From Epithemia pelagica (Eukaryota; Protista; Bacillariophyta), in NCBI GenBank assembly GCA_946965045.2, contig OX337240.1:372001-436000 (forward strand): a stretch of 64,000 nt of DNA. Direction: 5' to 3'. Shown in pieces: positions 25,199 through 38,558 of this stretch. The position numbers were made by a program, and so were the translations under genes. Below the pieces are notes generated by a model, which saw only the letters and a list, made by a program, of their open reading frames with translations, was not told the origin of the DNA and did no database searches. Every line of letters starts with the position of its first letter. Position 1 is the stretch's first letter.

Positions 25199-28100
25199 CC
25201 GGGTTGAATCACAAAGACCATTCTGAACTGATTGGATTCTAGATTTTATAGGAGTGAGATATCCACAGCAAGAGAAAGCACAAAACTGGTGGTATCCTTT
25301 CGCAAAAGGCCAACACCCAAACGCCCGCATGGCAGAGAAAAAGAGAGAGACAGAGAGAGAGAGACACGGAGGGTTCATTCTTGGATCCCAGCGGCTTCCG
25401 CAAATTCCACTTCCACCAATGAGAACCGTCCCAGGCTCGTCTGATTCAGCAGTTGCCGAGCGTTGACAGAAGCTGGAAGTTCGACATAGAGCTCCAACAG
25501 GTTGTTGTTGTTGTTGTGGGTGTCATTGTCTTTGGTACTACTTCTACTACCTGTTTTTGCTTCCAAGCCCTCCACAATGCGAACAAGACCCGACTGGATT
25601 CCCAATGCCTCTCCCATGGCAGTCAAAATCTCCCATTCCATGGCGAGATTGATTTCTTCTTGTTCCACTTCGTGTTGCAACCGAATCCATAGTCCTTGAG
25701 GACGAGGGAAAATGAGGCCGGTCTGTTCCAGTTGGTCGACATGGGTGCCTACAGGGAGCTGTTGACAAATGCTTCGATCTTCCAGAGAGGATGGAAATCC
25801 AATCCTGGACGTTGTATCGGTTCCGTAGGGTTGTCCGTCTTTGAAAAACGTGACGATACCTTGGAGAAGATTGTCCAAGACATGACCCAGCCAATATCCT
25901 TGTGGATTGCTCGCATGAAGCATTTGTTCTTGTCGTGAAATCAAGTAATGGGGTACCACACATTTGTTGAGATTGGTAGGGAAGGGTTCTCCCTCGGGCT
26001 CACAAACGGCACGAAACATGCATTGATTGCCACCGCGGGAACCGAGAAGGTAGTCCATTTGCCCAACGTTCATGGTATTTTGCATAATGGAATCTGTTTC
26101 GGTGGTGACCAGTTGCCAGCCCTCGGTCGGTTGTGACGAGGTGGACAAACCCAGTGTCCGGAGGGCCAATTGTCCAAACGTGTGCACGGGCAAGACATTT
26201 TGGAGTCGTCCCATACAGTATCCACCGGACCCGTTGGCAATGTCATCAAAACATTGAGGATCGCCAGAAATGACCACTTGTTCGAGTGGAATTCGAAGCA
26301 AGGGCCAGAGTTTCGTGGGATGTTCACCGAGCAAATAGGCAATGCGTCGGACAATATAATAAATGCTGAAATACTTTTCTTCTTCGGACAGCGCATTCAG
26401 TGATTTGAATTGATCATTTCCCAGAAGCGGTTGAAGAAGGAGAACCAAATTGTCAAATGTCACGTCCAGTGGTAAGGCTTCGGCCCCAAGTAAGCCACTT
26501 ACTCCCTTGGCCAGCGCTTGGGAGGCACAACCCTCTTGTTCACCTCCAGCGGCTTGACAGGAGACAAATTCCAGGTCCCAGTCACGAAAGGAGGCTCCAA
26601 AGAGTGGATTCAACAAAAAGATGCGTTGATAGAGACCGGCCGGACCAGTATTGACGGCAAACGTCGCGAGAGGAGCACCCATGGATAGTCCCACGGCAAA
26701 TACCTTTTGATATCCTTGTCTACAGACTTCATCGATCACAATGTCATTGATAGTGGCCACCCAGTCGACAAATGCTTGGCGAGTCGTGGGCATGCGCTCG
26801 TCGCTTCGAGATATTCCTGCGCATTGGTTGGGAATGATACGAAACGGCTCATTTTTGACACATTCTCCAGGTTTGAATCCATGACCAGGAAGCAAGGGTA
26901 CCAGAACATCAAAACCGTTCTGGAGGGCCACCTCGACAAGGGCATCGGCCGTGTTTGGACAGGAGGAAAAGCCATGAAAGACAACAATCAAGCCTTGGTG
27001 TTGTAATGTCGTGGACGAAGGTCGTTCCGTAGTTTGGTAAAATCTGGGCCAAGAAGGGGGTTGAATCTCATCTAATGGGGGAAGCGCACAAATCCACTCT
27101 TGCCATTTCGTTAATCTGTTGTCTGAATCACAAATGGTTTGATCAGGGGTGGTATATTGTGGTGGTGGTTGTTGGTTTGGGTCGGAATGATCAATGGTCC
27201 CACAGAGACTGGTCCGGAAGTCCTCTACCTTGCGTTCTCCTTTCAGTTCCAAAGATACGGTAGAGTTGGAACGGCGACCAAGACGAATTGCACCGACAGA
27301 GGACTCTACCGCCCACAGGGAAAGGAAGAATATCCACAAGAAACAACGTAAAGTTGCATGGGCTGCTCGAACCTTCGTTGTCTTCATCATTGTTTGATGT
27401 TAAGTTTAGGATAAAATGAGAACACCTTGCACGGCCGCGTTCCCATGAAGAAGAGGAAAAGAAGAGAAAGTATTGGCGACCTCAAAAAGTGGGGCTCTGA
27501 CGTCGTTCATCAGACCGCCACGCGTTAAGAGAATCGACGAAGACCGTTAAGCGTGCGTTACGATGTTTATTAAACGAGACTGCACTCGTACTCGTGTATT
27601 GTATGATTGTAGATTAGGAGTTTTTTATTGTACTGGTAGGCTCTGCAATTGTCCCAGTGTCGGAATCTTGCGCGCACGTCGAGCTTCCGCGTCCACGTTC
27701 TCTTCCAACCTAAAACCTAAACCAACCGCTGCGACTAGGTACTACTCGACACGGACACGATAGAGTGGAACGAACGCCGACACCAACGGCCAATGGAAGG
27801 AACTACGCTCAAACCTAACAGTCATTCGAAAGGATCGTTGGAGCGTCACAAAACGAAGAACCACAACTGACGAAAAGTGCCCGTGCCAAAAATCTTTCTG
27901 TCGTCATGCCAGAGGTGGGCAAAGGCGTCCCGGCAGAACGGAACAAACTGCAATGGCGCTCTGATGCTAGATTGTTCGAGGTAGGGTTGTGTATCTCGTC
28001 TTTTCTTGAGTGTCATGGTACCGTCAGCTTCGTGGAACAGTGGAAACTCAAGCATACCGCGGAGCCGACATGATTTCTAGAGACACGCGTCAGTCCAGGA

Positions 28101-29852
28101 TGGATGAAAGTACACCCAAAACCTGATGCCCACTCTAGATATACCCTGTTACACATGAGTTTGACAGAAGAGTCGGGAGAAGGAGGATTTTCACAAGCCA
28201 CCATCAAATGTGGAAGATGGATTGCGGCTCCTAATCTGCAGAAACCCAAGTCCATCCGAAAAAAACCAACTCTCCCATTGGATGATTCTCATTCATTGCA
28301 TGTCAGATGAAAGACCTTGCCGTGTCCGAGTCATATATCCCTCAATCAACCCATAAATCGTCTACACCAAAAGAAGATTGCTCTTGATTTTCATCCTCAA
28401 GATTGCTCTTGAATTTCATTCGACCCTTGTGATTATGGTGGTTCCGAATCCATCCTGTCCTCCTCACCGTCGTCCCCCGTCACGGGTTCCGTTCCGTGAA
28501 CAGTGTCGTTGCCAGTGGTCAATTCGTCGTCACCACTGGGATGGTCGGATGGGGGCAATGATTTGGTAGAGCCCGCTGGAACATTGTCGCTGGTAGTATT
28601 CCCTGAACTCTCACTCCCACTACCATTCGCAGTGGCGGTATGCACAGGATCCGAAATGGCCACTTGTGGAGTGGACATGGTCGTGTGCTGCAGCCTACCT
28701 CCATCCTCTTCCTCTCCTGCTGATGCTGCTGGTTGTCGTCGTCTCGAGTGACTCGCCGTGGTATTGGAATGACTGCGTTGTGACTTGTTGTGGATCCATT
28801 CTCCAAGGACTGGAAGACGTTGGACAAAGGCAAGGCTTTTCCCATCCTTGATCAAGTCAGCAAACCGTCGTCGGAAATAAATAATGGCATTGAACAATCC
28901 CTGCATCGCAAACAAGCGTTTTGCAACACGAGAGATCGAGAGAACGAGAGAGAGACAGTTGTCAGTCGTGTTTCAATGGTTGCAGCATTGATCACCGTCC
29001 GCACAGATCGATACACATAGATACACACGAACCTGCAGGGGAGTAAAGACCTTGACCAAAACGGCCAAAAAGAACCGGAGTCCTCTTCCATCCTTGCCAC
29101 TGTCTAGGTTATCGGGCAGCAACTCGAGAATGACGGGCGGAAAAAACACGACAAAAAAGGCTCCAATGTACAAGAGGGATTGGCGTGCCGTGGCGCGGGT
29201 CCGCGTAAAGGAGGATGCTGCATGGTGAGCCGCATGAGAGGTATTTGCAGTCGCTCCTCCTTGCCCGGTAGCACTGGAAGTATGGGGTTGCACCGTGTAT
29301 TGCAGTAGCTTTTGTTCCACTTGTCGAACTTTGAGGACAATCAATGTCATGCAAATGATAATGACGATCCAGGCTCCAATAATGTTGGCGGAAATGCTGT
29401 TGTAGTTTTCATAGTCTTGTCCACGTTGACATTGCTGGTTATCATTATTACCAGCACAAAAGGGTGGATTGTCCGAATACCAACACCATCCAGGCAAGTC
29501 ACGAAGTGGATTGAACACGTCATTGGTCAGACCCCCCACCGATGTACCGACGCTCAAGGCAACCAGCAAGTGCGCCAAGGGCTCGACACACCAGGCAATG
29601 CGTCTGCGCAGAGTCGAGAGAGAGAACCATACAAAATGAGATACAACAGCACCACATGTATTTTCTGGCCTCCTCATTGTGGCTACTGGCGTACAACACA
29701 ACAACACTCACCGTTGCTTCCATTCGAAACGAAGTACCAAAACAAACTGAATGGCCAAAAAGGCTGCATACCACATGGAGGTAACCAACAGGTTCAAGAA
29801 AAAGCCCATGGCTTCGCAAGTTCCATTGGTTCCTTGTCCACTCCGACCATAG
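23955..29852. repeat. Segmental duplication, copy 2
   Basis: Matches 1-5899 with scattered SNPs and one indel. Confidence 0.97.
25375..27390 (-). CDS. Secreted alpha/beta-hydrolase (esterase/lipase-like), intact, 671 aa
   Basis: Hydrophobic signal peptide (FLWIFFLSLWAVESSVGA), VVFHGFSS, LLPGHG and nucleophile elbow VGLSMGA. Confidence 0.88.
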   Translation of the reverse strand: MMKTTKVRAAHATLRCFLWIFFLSLWAVESSVGAIRLGRRSNSTVSLELKGERKVEDFRTSLCGTIDHSDPNQQPPPQYTTPDQTICDSDNRLTKWQEWICALPPLDEIQPPSWPRFYQTTERPSSTTLQHQGLIVVFHGFSSCPNTADALVEVALQNGFDVLVPLLPGHGFKPGECVKNEPFRIIPNQCAGISRSDERMPTTRQAFVDWVATINDIVIDEVCRQGYQKVFAVGLSMGAPLATFAVNTGPAGLYQRIFLLNPLFGASFRDWDLEFVSCQAAGGEQEGCASQALAKGVSGLLGAEALPLDVTFDNLVLLLQPLLGNDQFKSLNALSEEEKYFSIYYIVRRIAYLLGEHPTKLWPLLRIPLEQVVISGDPQCFDDIANGSGGYCMGRLQNVLPVHTFGQLALRTLGLSTSSQPTEGWQLVTTETDSIMQNTMNVGQMDYLLGSRGGNQCMFRAVCEPEGEPFPTNLNKCVVPHYLISRQEQMLHASNPQGYWLGHVLDNLLQGIVTFFKDGQPYGTDTTSRIGFPSSLEDRSICQQLPVGTHVDQLEQTGLIFPRPQGLWIRLQHEVEQEEINLAMEWEILTAMGEALGIQSGLVRIVEGLEAKTGSRSSTKDNDTHNNNNNLLELYVELPASVNARQLLNQTSLGRFSLVEVEFAEAAGIQE

Positions 29853-30094
29853 GGCCAATCGGAGGGCACGGCCCATGGTCCCAACACCAACATGCCCATG
29901 GAACTGATCCAATCCAACAGACTTATCGCCAACATTAAGCGGTGATAAACAAACTGTAGCAATTCCTTGCGATCGAACCAAATCGACCACAAAACCAGAG
30001 ACGAGCCCGCCACCGACCATGGTGCCGTGAAATAGGGTAGGATTGCCAAAACGTTGGCTTGCGTGTCGGTATACAGGGGAGCGGGGTCTGTCAT
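28433..30094 (-). CDS. 7TM GPCR-like gene B, intact (exons 30094-29712, 29603-29033, 28900-28433; ~473 aa)
   Basis: Starts MTDPAPLYTDTQANVLAILPYFTAPWS. Canonical splice sites; spliced length 1422 nt. Confidence 0.87.
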
Positions 30095-32179
30095 GTTCTG
30101 GTACCGATACTCCACACACAAATCTATCGAAAGAGCTCCTTCCTTCCAGAAATAGGAAGCATATCCACCATCAAACACTTTCTACAATCTCGGATGACAA
30201 AACAGGTTCTCTTATTTTGTCGAAAGACTTTTGCCACACGACGACATGATGTGTTCTTGAGGTTTCTGACCCAAGAAAAGATTCTCGGGGCCCGTCATTG
30301 CGGCAATCCTAATAAAATATGCGCGACTCACCCTGGTATGTCTGTCCGTCACGACACGTGACAAAGATCGGAATATGGTCGCCGATATATTCCGTGCCGA
30401 TGGAAAGCACACGCCAGCTAGCCATACGCAGACCGACACCTCCAACACGGTACAACCAAAAGTCTGTTCCCACAAAAACCCAAAATCCAAAATCGCAACC
30501 TTACTACAAGGGGAGAGAACAAAAGGAAGCAACTGGACGAGTATTCTGATGAATGATAGTACAAGTAAGAAACTTTGTCCCAAGACGACGGAGATTTGGA
30601 AATGGAGGACGCTGTGCTGGCGAGAAAGTTGGTGTTGTTGTTGTATCCCAGGCGCACACCAAAAAATCGCATCACCGTCTACGACTGCGTGTGGTGGTGC
30701 GGGAAATGACCACGACCCACCGCTGTTTGACTCTCGGAAAACTCCTACTACTGCTCATACGGACGCTCCTGCTGGTGTTGACAGAGAAATTGTGAGGCAC
30801 TTACATCCAATCCTTTACCGATTGGATCCCACTATTCGGATACGGACGAGCTCCTCAAAGACATGAAACAACTCCAACCATTGTTGCAACAACATAGTTC
30901 TTCAATTCTTGTTCATGCAGAAAACGATGACCAACAAACTTTGAGAAGCTAGTGGGGCCAAGTGGGGTCAGTTGGCAACCATCTTTCGTCAGGCCAGGGA
31001 CCGAGAGGCTTCCAGGGTTCCAGTCCACGGCAACGACAACAAGAATGCTATTTTTGGAATACAGAATCGCAGTGGTGGAGATGCGACACGCTGTGCTGAA
31101 TAGCAAATAACGAACCATTCATGATGACAATCCGGATATGATGGTTTATACGGAGGGTATAGTCGATCTTCAGAATCCAAGGCAGATAGCTGTCGTCGTT
31201 GTCCGAAAGGAGGATTGCCTGTTTTGGGAACGGTGTCTGTACCTCATTTCGGAGGGTCACCCAGGTACCATAGGAATGCCAAGCGGAGGATGATTTTTCT
31301 CCAGTTGAGGAACCACGAGACAAAATCCTTCCGGATCTTTTCCAATCGAAGCATGAGTATTCTTCTAATCGTCACTCCTTTCCAATGGGCACTACAACTT
31401 GTTGCTGCTCTTCTCTTTACACCAGAGACACTGCAACAGGAACCGCTCCCCCTCGAGACCACAAACAACCAATCCAGGATCATGGTGTGCTTTCGATTGC
31501 TGTCTGTCAACAAAGGGTTTGATATTCATTCTTGACACACAAAAGTAATAATAGATCAACACACTCATCGTTTCACGAAGCTCCACCTTTAGCCCCGACG
31601 AAGGCCTGTGCTGCCCCTGAATATTTTCACGGCTCCCGGTTGGTTGATTCATGTGTCAAGATGCTGCTTCCATCCGAGTATGGTGCACACACTAGAAGTG
31701 ACTCTGAACTACTTACTCTCGCGAGAGAATCATTGTACCCACCAGCTCCTGACGTTGACCACAAGGCAGTGAGGACAGTCCTTCCTCGCAACGCCAAACG
31801 CTCTGGTGAATGGAAAGACAACGACATGAACCATAAGGCAAAGAGAAGGATCAATGAATGACAGATGTGCGTCTTTTGAACCAAGCTTTGAAGATTTCGT
31901 AATAACGCACATCGTATCAACATACCCAACCGACCGTGTGGATTGCTGCTTTGAAATAGACACTGAGAGGTACACTGCCATCGCGGGGGGCACGGTTGTA
32001 CGTTGTTGTCGACTGCTACACGAGTCATCGTGTGTGTAGGAATTTCGGCGCCGCATCCTCCTCGATTCCGAGCAAACAAAAGCTGTTCAATGATTGTTCT
32101 GTTATCCTCAATCTGACCACAAGACTGGAGGACTTGTCGTTTTGTCTTGGTCGACGACAACCGCTGTGGGACACCCTTC

Positions 32180-33539
32180 CTATGGCACCTCCTGGAGATC
32201 GTCATCATCAACCACTGGACAGCTCGTCGTGTCTTGTCGTGGTTGGTGGGAACGGGAGGCACCACCACCTCGTGGTCGGCCATGTTGCATGCGGAGCTCT
32301 ATCCAGGGACCCAACAGCGGAAGAGTGCGTACAAACGCCAGACTTTTGCCGTCCTGGATCAAAGTCCGAAACCTCTGGCGAAAATACACAATGGCATTCC
32401 CGAGTCCCTACAGGTGGAGAAGAAAAAAAGAGTCAACCTGTCAGTAAGCATGATTGACTGCGCATTGGACGGCATTTTCCTGTATAGCAACAGCAAAGAG
32501 GCACAACATACCTGCATGGGAGTAAACACTTTGGTGAGCATGGCCAAAAAAACCTGGTCGCTCGTTCCTTGGTGGTGACATGGTGATATTGTGGCAGTCC
32601 GAATAAAATTACGGGAGCCGAAAACACGACAAAGAATGCTCCAATGTACAAGAGTGCCTGACGAGCCGTGGCCCTCGTACGAGCATAGGTTGGTTCATTG
32701 CCGCGTTGATTGCCTGGTCCAGCATTGCCCACGGCATAGTCTTTTAGCTTGCTTTCGACTTGTCGAACTTTGAGCACAATCAAGATCATGCAAAGGATAA
32801 TGAGAATCCATGCCCCCAACACATTCCACGTAACGTCACTGTTGAATCGGCTACTGTTCTCTCCCCGAAGACACTCCACCTCCTCCGTCTCGGAGCACAA
32901 TGGAGGATTGTCGGAGAACCAACACCATCCTGGTAACTCCCGGAGTGGATTAAACATGTCATCGGAAATACCGTAAAAGGCAGCGGCAAAGACTTCCCAA
33001 ACAGTCACCAAGAAGGCCAGAGGTTCGATAGACCAAGCAATGCGTCTAGGTAGAAAGGGTGATGGAGGCAGAAAATCCAAGAAAGCGTCTCATGAAATCA
33101 CCGTGACATGATGCTTTTGTCATTTGTTCTGTTGTCAAAACACGTACCTTTCCTTCCATTCCCAGCGAAGCACTAGAACAAAATGAATTGCCAGAAACAC
33201 CGAGTACCAGATGCTGATTGTCCCAAGATGAAAAAAGAACCCCGACGCTTCGCAAGTTTCGTTGGTACCACGCCCACTCCGACCATAGGGCCAATCAGAG
33301 GGAACGGCCCACGGGCCCAGAACCAAAAATCCCATGGAACTCACCAAATCGGAGAGGCTAATGGCCAGCATCAAGCGATGATAGACGTGCTGCAACAATT
33401 CCTTGCGATCGAACCAGATCGACCACAAAATCAGGCATGAACCAGCCACCGACCATGGAGCCGTGAAATAAGGCAATAGTGCCAGAAAGTTGGCTTGTGC
33501 ATCGGTAAATAGAGGCGTTAGGACCTCCGTGCTTGTCAT
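32180..33539 (-). pseudogene. 7TM GPCR-like gene D with -1 frameshift in a T7 run (32546-32552); could be a homopolymer sequencing error
   Basis: Exons 33539-33148, 33045-32512, 32407-32180. One extra T restores RFFLAMLTKVFTPMQ as in the paralogues. Confidence 0.75.
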
Positions 33540-36084
33540 GTCCTATATCGTAGATCGGAACCTATCTCATCAACAACAACAACCAAACACAACAAAAAAG
33601 AGACACCGACAGAACTTTTGCCGCGACTCAATTAGGGCACAAAAAAGTCGCTATGGCGGGTGGATCCTCACCTCTTCCTCTAGTTACTCCTAGGTAGTTG
33701 CTCTTCAACTCACGAAGAAGAAGAAGAAGGTAGGCTCCTTAATGCAGTTTGTAGCTCAATCCGAACAACAATCTCCCAGACTAACTCTTCCCCAGATCAT
33801 ATACAAGCATTATAGAGGGCCTAGCATTCATTCTTCACAAACCTTGGATTACATCCTTGAGAATGAGAGACCCAGCCGCCAATCCCAGATAGCGGCAGCA
33901 CAGACGCAACCAACAATCGACACTCCAAGGAACGTGTCCGACGACTGCAGAAAACGCATGATCCGTGGATCCAATGAAAGCAATTGCTGGAATGGACGTT
34001 CTTCTTGACAGTCATCACCATTTGCATTGGACACCACAAGGCAAACTGTCACTTCTCAGCAAATGGAGAGTCCTAACGACTTTCTCGTTGGTATTCTGCT
34101 GCCTTCTTGAGGTGAACATGTATCACCAGAGATGATTAGTTTCCAATGTCGAAGAAGAAACTTCTTTTTTCTCTTGAAGAAGAACGCTTGTCCATCCAGT
34201 CCTCATTTCGAACAGGCACGCCACAGGTCCTTTCCAGCACATTTCACAACAAGAATCGAAATAACAAGATTGACGACCACAAAGACATAACAAAAGTTCT
34301 TTGGGACTGAAGTTCTTGTGTATGCTCACGAGAAAATCGCCAATATAGCCTCCAAATCCATGAAAGAGCAACAGTGATACGTGTGTTTCTTCTTCAAGAC
34401 TTGCTGGGTCGCAGCCTCAATATCGTAGTGTTCGTGTTCGTAGCCGCATTGAGACCAATTGAAACATCTGTGAGAAGTGAGAACATGCCATCCATTATTT
34501 GGTTCCCTATGGACTCCGTGGTTGAATCCAGAATGAATGAACGAATGCCTTCTGAGGAGTGTTCGACAGGTTTCCAAGTATGCCTCACGAGACAACCGAG
34601 ATCAATGGCAGCCTCTTCGACAAATCATGTGTGGACGCTCCCATAAAATCAAAACCCACGGTGGTCTTGCGGAGCATACCAAAATCATCCAAACACGTAG
34701 AAAGGCCCAAATTGGCAAGCAATGTTGGAGCAACAACAACGTCAAGACACAAATAGGTGACTCTTCTCTGGAATCGCTGGAACAAAAGAAAGAGGAGAAT
34801 CACCTAACAGGTAGTTCCGAGATGGGAGGAAAATGAGAATAACTGCTTTGTATATGCTGGGTAGGACCTTGTTGCTGTGTATACAGCACATTAAGCTCCA
34901 AGTACAGCACAGACAAAGCAGTTCTTCTTCTTCTCTTGACATCCGGAGGCTTGCACGGGCGAAGGAATCGGATCAAGCTAGCTGCCCCAGAACCAAAAAT
35001 GCCCATGAGAAGCTGATGGACAATCACAGAGGCAGCACCATATTAGACAGGAAATGGCATAACACAGCTTTTGACGATCGTACCACAAATGTCTGAAATC
35101 CGAGACCATCCAGCCGCCGACCATCTCCTGAAACATGGAGCCCAAAACTCAAGAATGATGGTGGATTGGAGACTCGTCGCCCTCTCATACAATACGGATA
35201 CGTGGACCACACCTGCATCAGATCTTTCGGTATCTACGTAGAGGCCGTCAACAAAAATTTATGTTCGGAACCTGGTCGCAGATATATTCCGTGCAGTGGA
35301 TATCACGCCACACCTCAAAGAACGCGGTTAACGGAATGTCGGCTTGTTCTTTGTTCCCGACTCCCGACCTTGACGGACGGAGGACGGACATAGGTGGATC
35401 GAGGATTTTCGAATGTGTTCCAAGATGTCTGATCGGCAGATGACATTGGCACCAACAGAACACAGACACCGGACTTTCCACTGTAACAAACCAAACAGGG
35501 AGGGCTATCTTAGCTATTCGTGTGGACAGTGGACTTTCGTATTACGACCTGTTCGTGTCAGATGAGAGTTCGTACGTCTATGGACGAAGGATAAAAGCTC
35601 ATGTTGCTCCTGGGGTCGTCTTTCGTCTGAGGAGTACGTCATGGATTGTTGATCGTCCCATTATGCGTCTCCTGTTGAGCCCTCGCCTCGAATACTAATA
35701 TGGGGCACATGAGACCTACGCAAACGTTCGTATTTTTGATGTTGCGTACGTTTCTTTTTTTCGCACCATGCCTTTGGAAGTTCTCAAAGAGAAAAAAGTC
35801 ATTGTGGTTTATGGTGGGTGTCATCTGTCATCAGATCTGGGTCGAAATTGGATGGGAGCAATAAGCTGAGACTCCAAAGGAACAAACGACCTAGAGGCGA
35901 GACTATCCTATAAGAAAATTGCTATTGCTCCAAGGAATGGACCAGATACTCCTAGGAACACCTCTTGGATGAAGATAGGTACTCGATCTACTCCAAAGTA
36001 TCGTGTCGGAAGTGATTCATCTTCCAACCCGGCAGTGATCTAATTATTTCGTAGTTTACCTAGGTAGGCAGTCCTCCCGTTTTG

Positions 36085-37369
36085 TTACGATTTGGTTCGT
36101 TTCTTGTAGTCGGCCGCCGATTCTCGTTGACTACCTTGCGCCCACATGCCGACGCGATTGGTTTGGGCCGTTTCTTCCAAGACGGTATATCGATCCACGC
36201 CACGGGGTCCATAGACGGCTCCCCCGCCTCGATAGACTTCGGCCAAGCCCTGTTTGAGCATGTATTCATCCACGTGCATGGGACGACGCAACCAGGGACT
36301 TTTCAAAAAGACTTGAGCCACACCGCGATTGTATTGATCCTTTTGCAACAATCGTACATGGACTGGACGATTGTCCAAAAATTCCGCCAAGGCCTCCTTG
36401 GCTTCCACTCCAAAGGGTTGACCGGGCTTGCCAAATTTGGCCGTTTCTGAGAGAGAGAGAATAAAGGACGACGAGACAAGTCGTAGAAACACGCAAAAAA
36501 GACACACGTTTCTTTATGAGTCTATCCTGGAACCATAGCATGGACACATACACATGCCGTACACACAAGCATGAATTGGACTTTTCTCACATACCAGGTG
36601 TATCAATCGTACAAATTCGAATGGGCAAGGCGACTTCCGAGAGTTTTTGCTTCTTCTTTTGATTCTTGTTCTTTTTCAAGGCGGTCGGATGCCAGGGTGT
36701 GGGTTGATGCAAAAAGCGAATGGTATCTCCATCCGTGACGGACACGGCCCGTCCGACCAAGACGGGTGCCGTCGGTCCAAAGTAACGACTGGGAATGTCC
36801 AACATGTTGGTAAAGCGTTGAAAGAGGGGTGGAAATCGCCCCACGACAATACCCATACAAAAGGCCAAAACTAACAAAGTTGTTTGTCCCCATGTCATGG
36901 AATGGACTTGATGCCACACAAAGGCCAAGGGACGGCGAACCAAGGAGGTCCATGCCAGTGTCATGAGGGGAGTCACCAAAAACAGTCCTTGTTGTACTTG
37001 CCCTTGTTCTTGTGCGTCAAAGGGGGAATTCCATTGCAAACCTTGTCGCCCTCGTCGTCTGGTCCATGGTTTCTGTCGAAATAAGCCTTGAAAAACACCA
37101 CCACAAACAGCAGCATGTCCCTCTTCTTCTTTTTCTTCTTGATTTGGGTCGAGCAACAATTTGGTTGTTCGGCGGAGGTGTGCCTGTGCACGTGGTTGCA
37201 GCGACCCTGGTCTCTTGTGTAGTCTTGAAGATGAGTGAAACGAAGATGCTGTGGAACCAAAGGCATGGACCTCCTGTTGTATCCAGAGTGCGGAAACCAA
37301 CACCACGAAGAGCAAGATACAGTGGCGTCGTTGTCGAGATAACCCGTTGGCGATGAATGGCTGGATCAT
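36085..37369 (-). CDS. Staphylococcal-nuclease-like (SNase/thermonuclease) protein with N-terminal hydrophobic segments; intron 36447-36594
   Basis: VSVTDGDTIR, IRICTIDTP|ETAKFG...QPFGVEAKE, DQYNRGVA, MLKQGLAEVY, GMW are the SNase motifs. Confidence 0.9.
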
Positions 37370-37635
37370 GGTGCGTTATTACTGTCGGTCGGAGCAAACG
37401 AACGAGACTCGCCAGCAGCAAACAGTAGTAGAGACGTCCAATTGGTGTCAATCGACTCTTTCTCTCCTCTTTTCAGACTCTTGTATTGATTCCTCTCTTG
37501 TTTTGTGAGATCCTCTTTCTTGCATTGGAAAGATACGGCATGCAACGAACCAACTACGTATCGGCATGACAATAATGAGCGACTCGTAAACATGATTGAA
37601 ATGCGACCAACGGATCCGTCTATCACCCGCGTAGT

Positions 37636-38558
37636 AAATCTACTTTAATAGCTGAGGGTGGACGAGGAGGAGCTAGGGTGTGAGGAGTGGCTCAACTCCG
37701 AGAAGGGCAATAGCGACGAGGAGTGGACTGCCCCTGTGAGATCCGCCTAAGCGGATCGAGGGGGCAGTCCACGACGAGAAGCTATTGCCCGACGAGGAGT
37801 TAAGCCACGAGGAGCGCCCTGCGACGAGGAGTCCCCCGGGGCTATTAAAGTATGTTAGCTTCCTTTGTCAGAAGGAGTCGTGCCAGCGCACGCTAGGTAA
37901 TTTTCAGTCTTCCTAAGTGATCGGCTCTCTCCTTCGATACTTAGGAGTCGAGAGCCAAATTATTTTTACACAATTTGGCTGGCCCAACTTTTGATAGGGC
38001 ACTAGGTAATCTTTGATTTTTTGTAAATAGCCATGTCACTTGAGTGGTCACATCCGAGTACATCGGATGAATAATAACGGTTTATGCCTAAGTAACATTT
38101 GTATTACATTTATGGAAGGCCAATCAAACTCCGAGGCGTGCCTCGTGTATAAATAAGACAACAGAATACTTACGAGTAGAGTCAATGAATGTCCCCGATT
38201 ACCCCCACGCCTCTTCTCTCCTTTCCCGTTCCCGACCCGAACCGACCACGACCACTGAATAAACGACACAAACACAAAAACAATGGGAAAGCTGACCAAG
38301 GTGAGTCCTCCTTCTCCGGGAGGATGGAGGATGTATCCATAATCCATCCACCAACAAAAGCTCTCCCAACTCCCAACTCACAATGATGGTGGATTGTTGC
38401 GAATTTCGAACCTCTGTCCATTGTCCATTCCTGGCCGTCTTTTGGTTCGTTTTTCGTTTCGGTGTTTGGGTGGTGCTACTTTTTGTTTCTTTTCCCGGGC
38501 TATTTTGCATGATTACACTAGAATAAAAAATCTACGTACAGTAATTTTAGGGGCTTAG
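37636..38558 (+). mobile_element. Non-autonomous relative of the Crypton-like element (right end 38558 or ~38616)
   Basis: Preceded by GTAGT (37631-37635) and starts with a rod homologous to 52188-52391. The 3' block tacactagaataaaaaatctacgtacagta matches tacactaaaataaaaaaccgagtacagta of the full element. GTAGT recurs at 38559-38563. Confidence 0.7.
37641..37852 (+). other. Rod-shaped hairpin A with periodic GA-rich internal loops
   Basis: Nested stems 37641-52/37841-52, 37687-99/37796-808, 37705-14/37781-90, 37723-34/37761-72, 37740-46/37751-57. Confidence 0.92.

Noticed and set aside
30855-31560. Possible gene or TE ORF on either strand
   Set aside because: Multiple stops in every frame and no recognisable motif.
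33740-35500. Short ORFs between GPCR D and SNase
   Set aside because: No motifs, no consistent frame or splice model; left unannotated.
37641-37852. CRISPR array or hammerhead ribozyme
   Set aside because: The repeated GACGAGGA words are 5-8 nt loops between self-complementary stems, not repeat-spacer units. No CUGAnGA/GAAA hammerhead core was seen.
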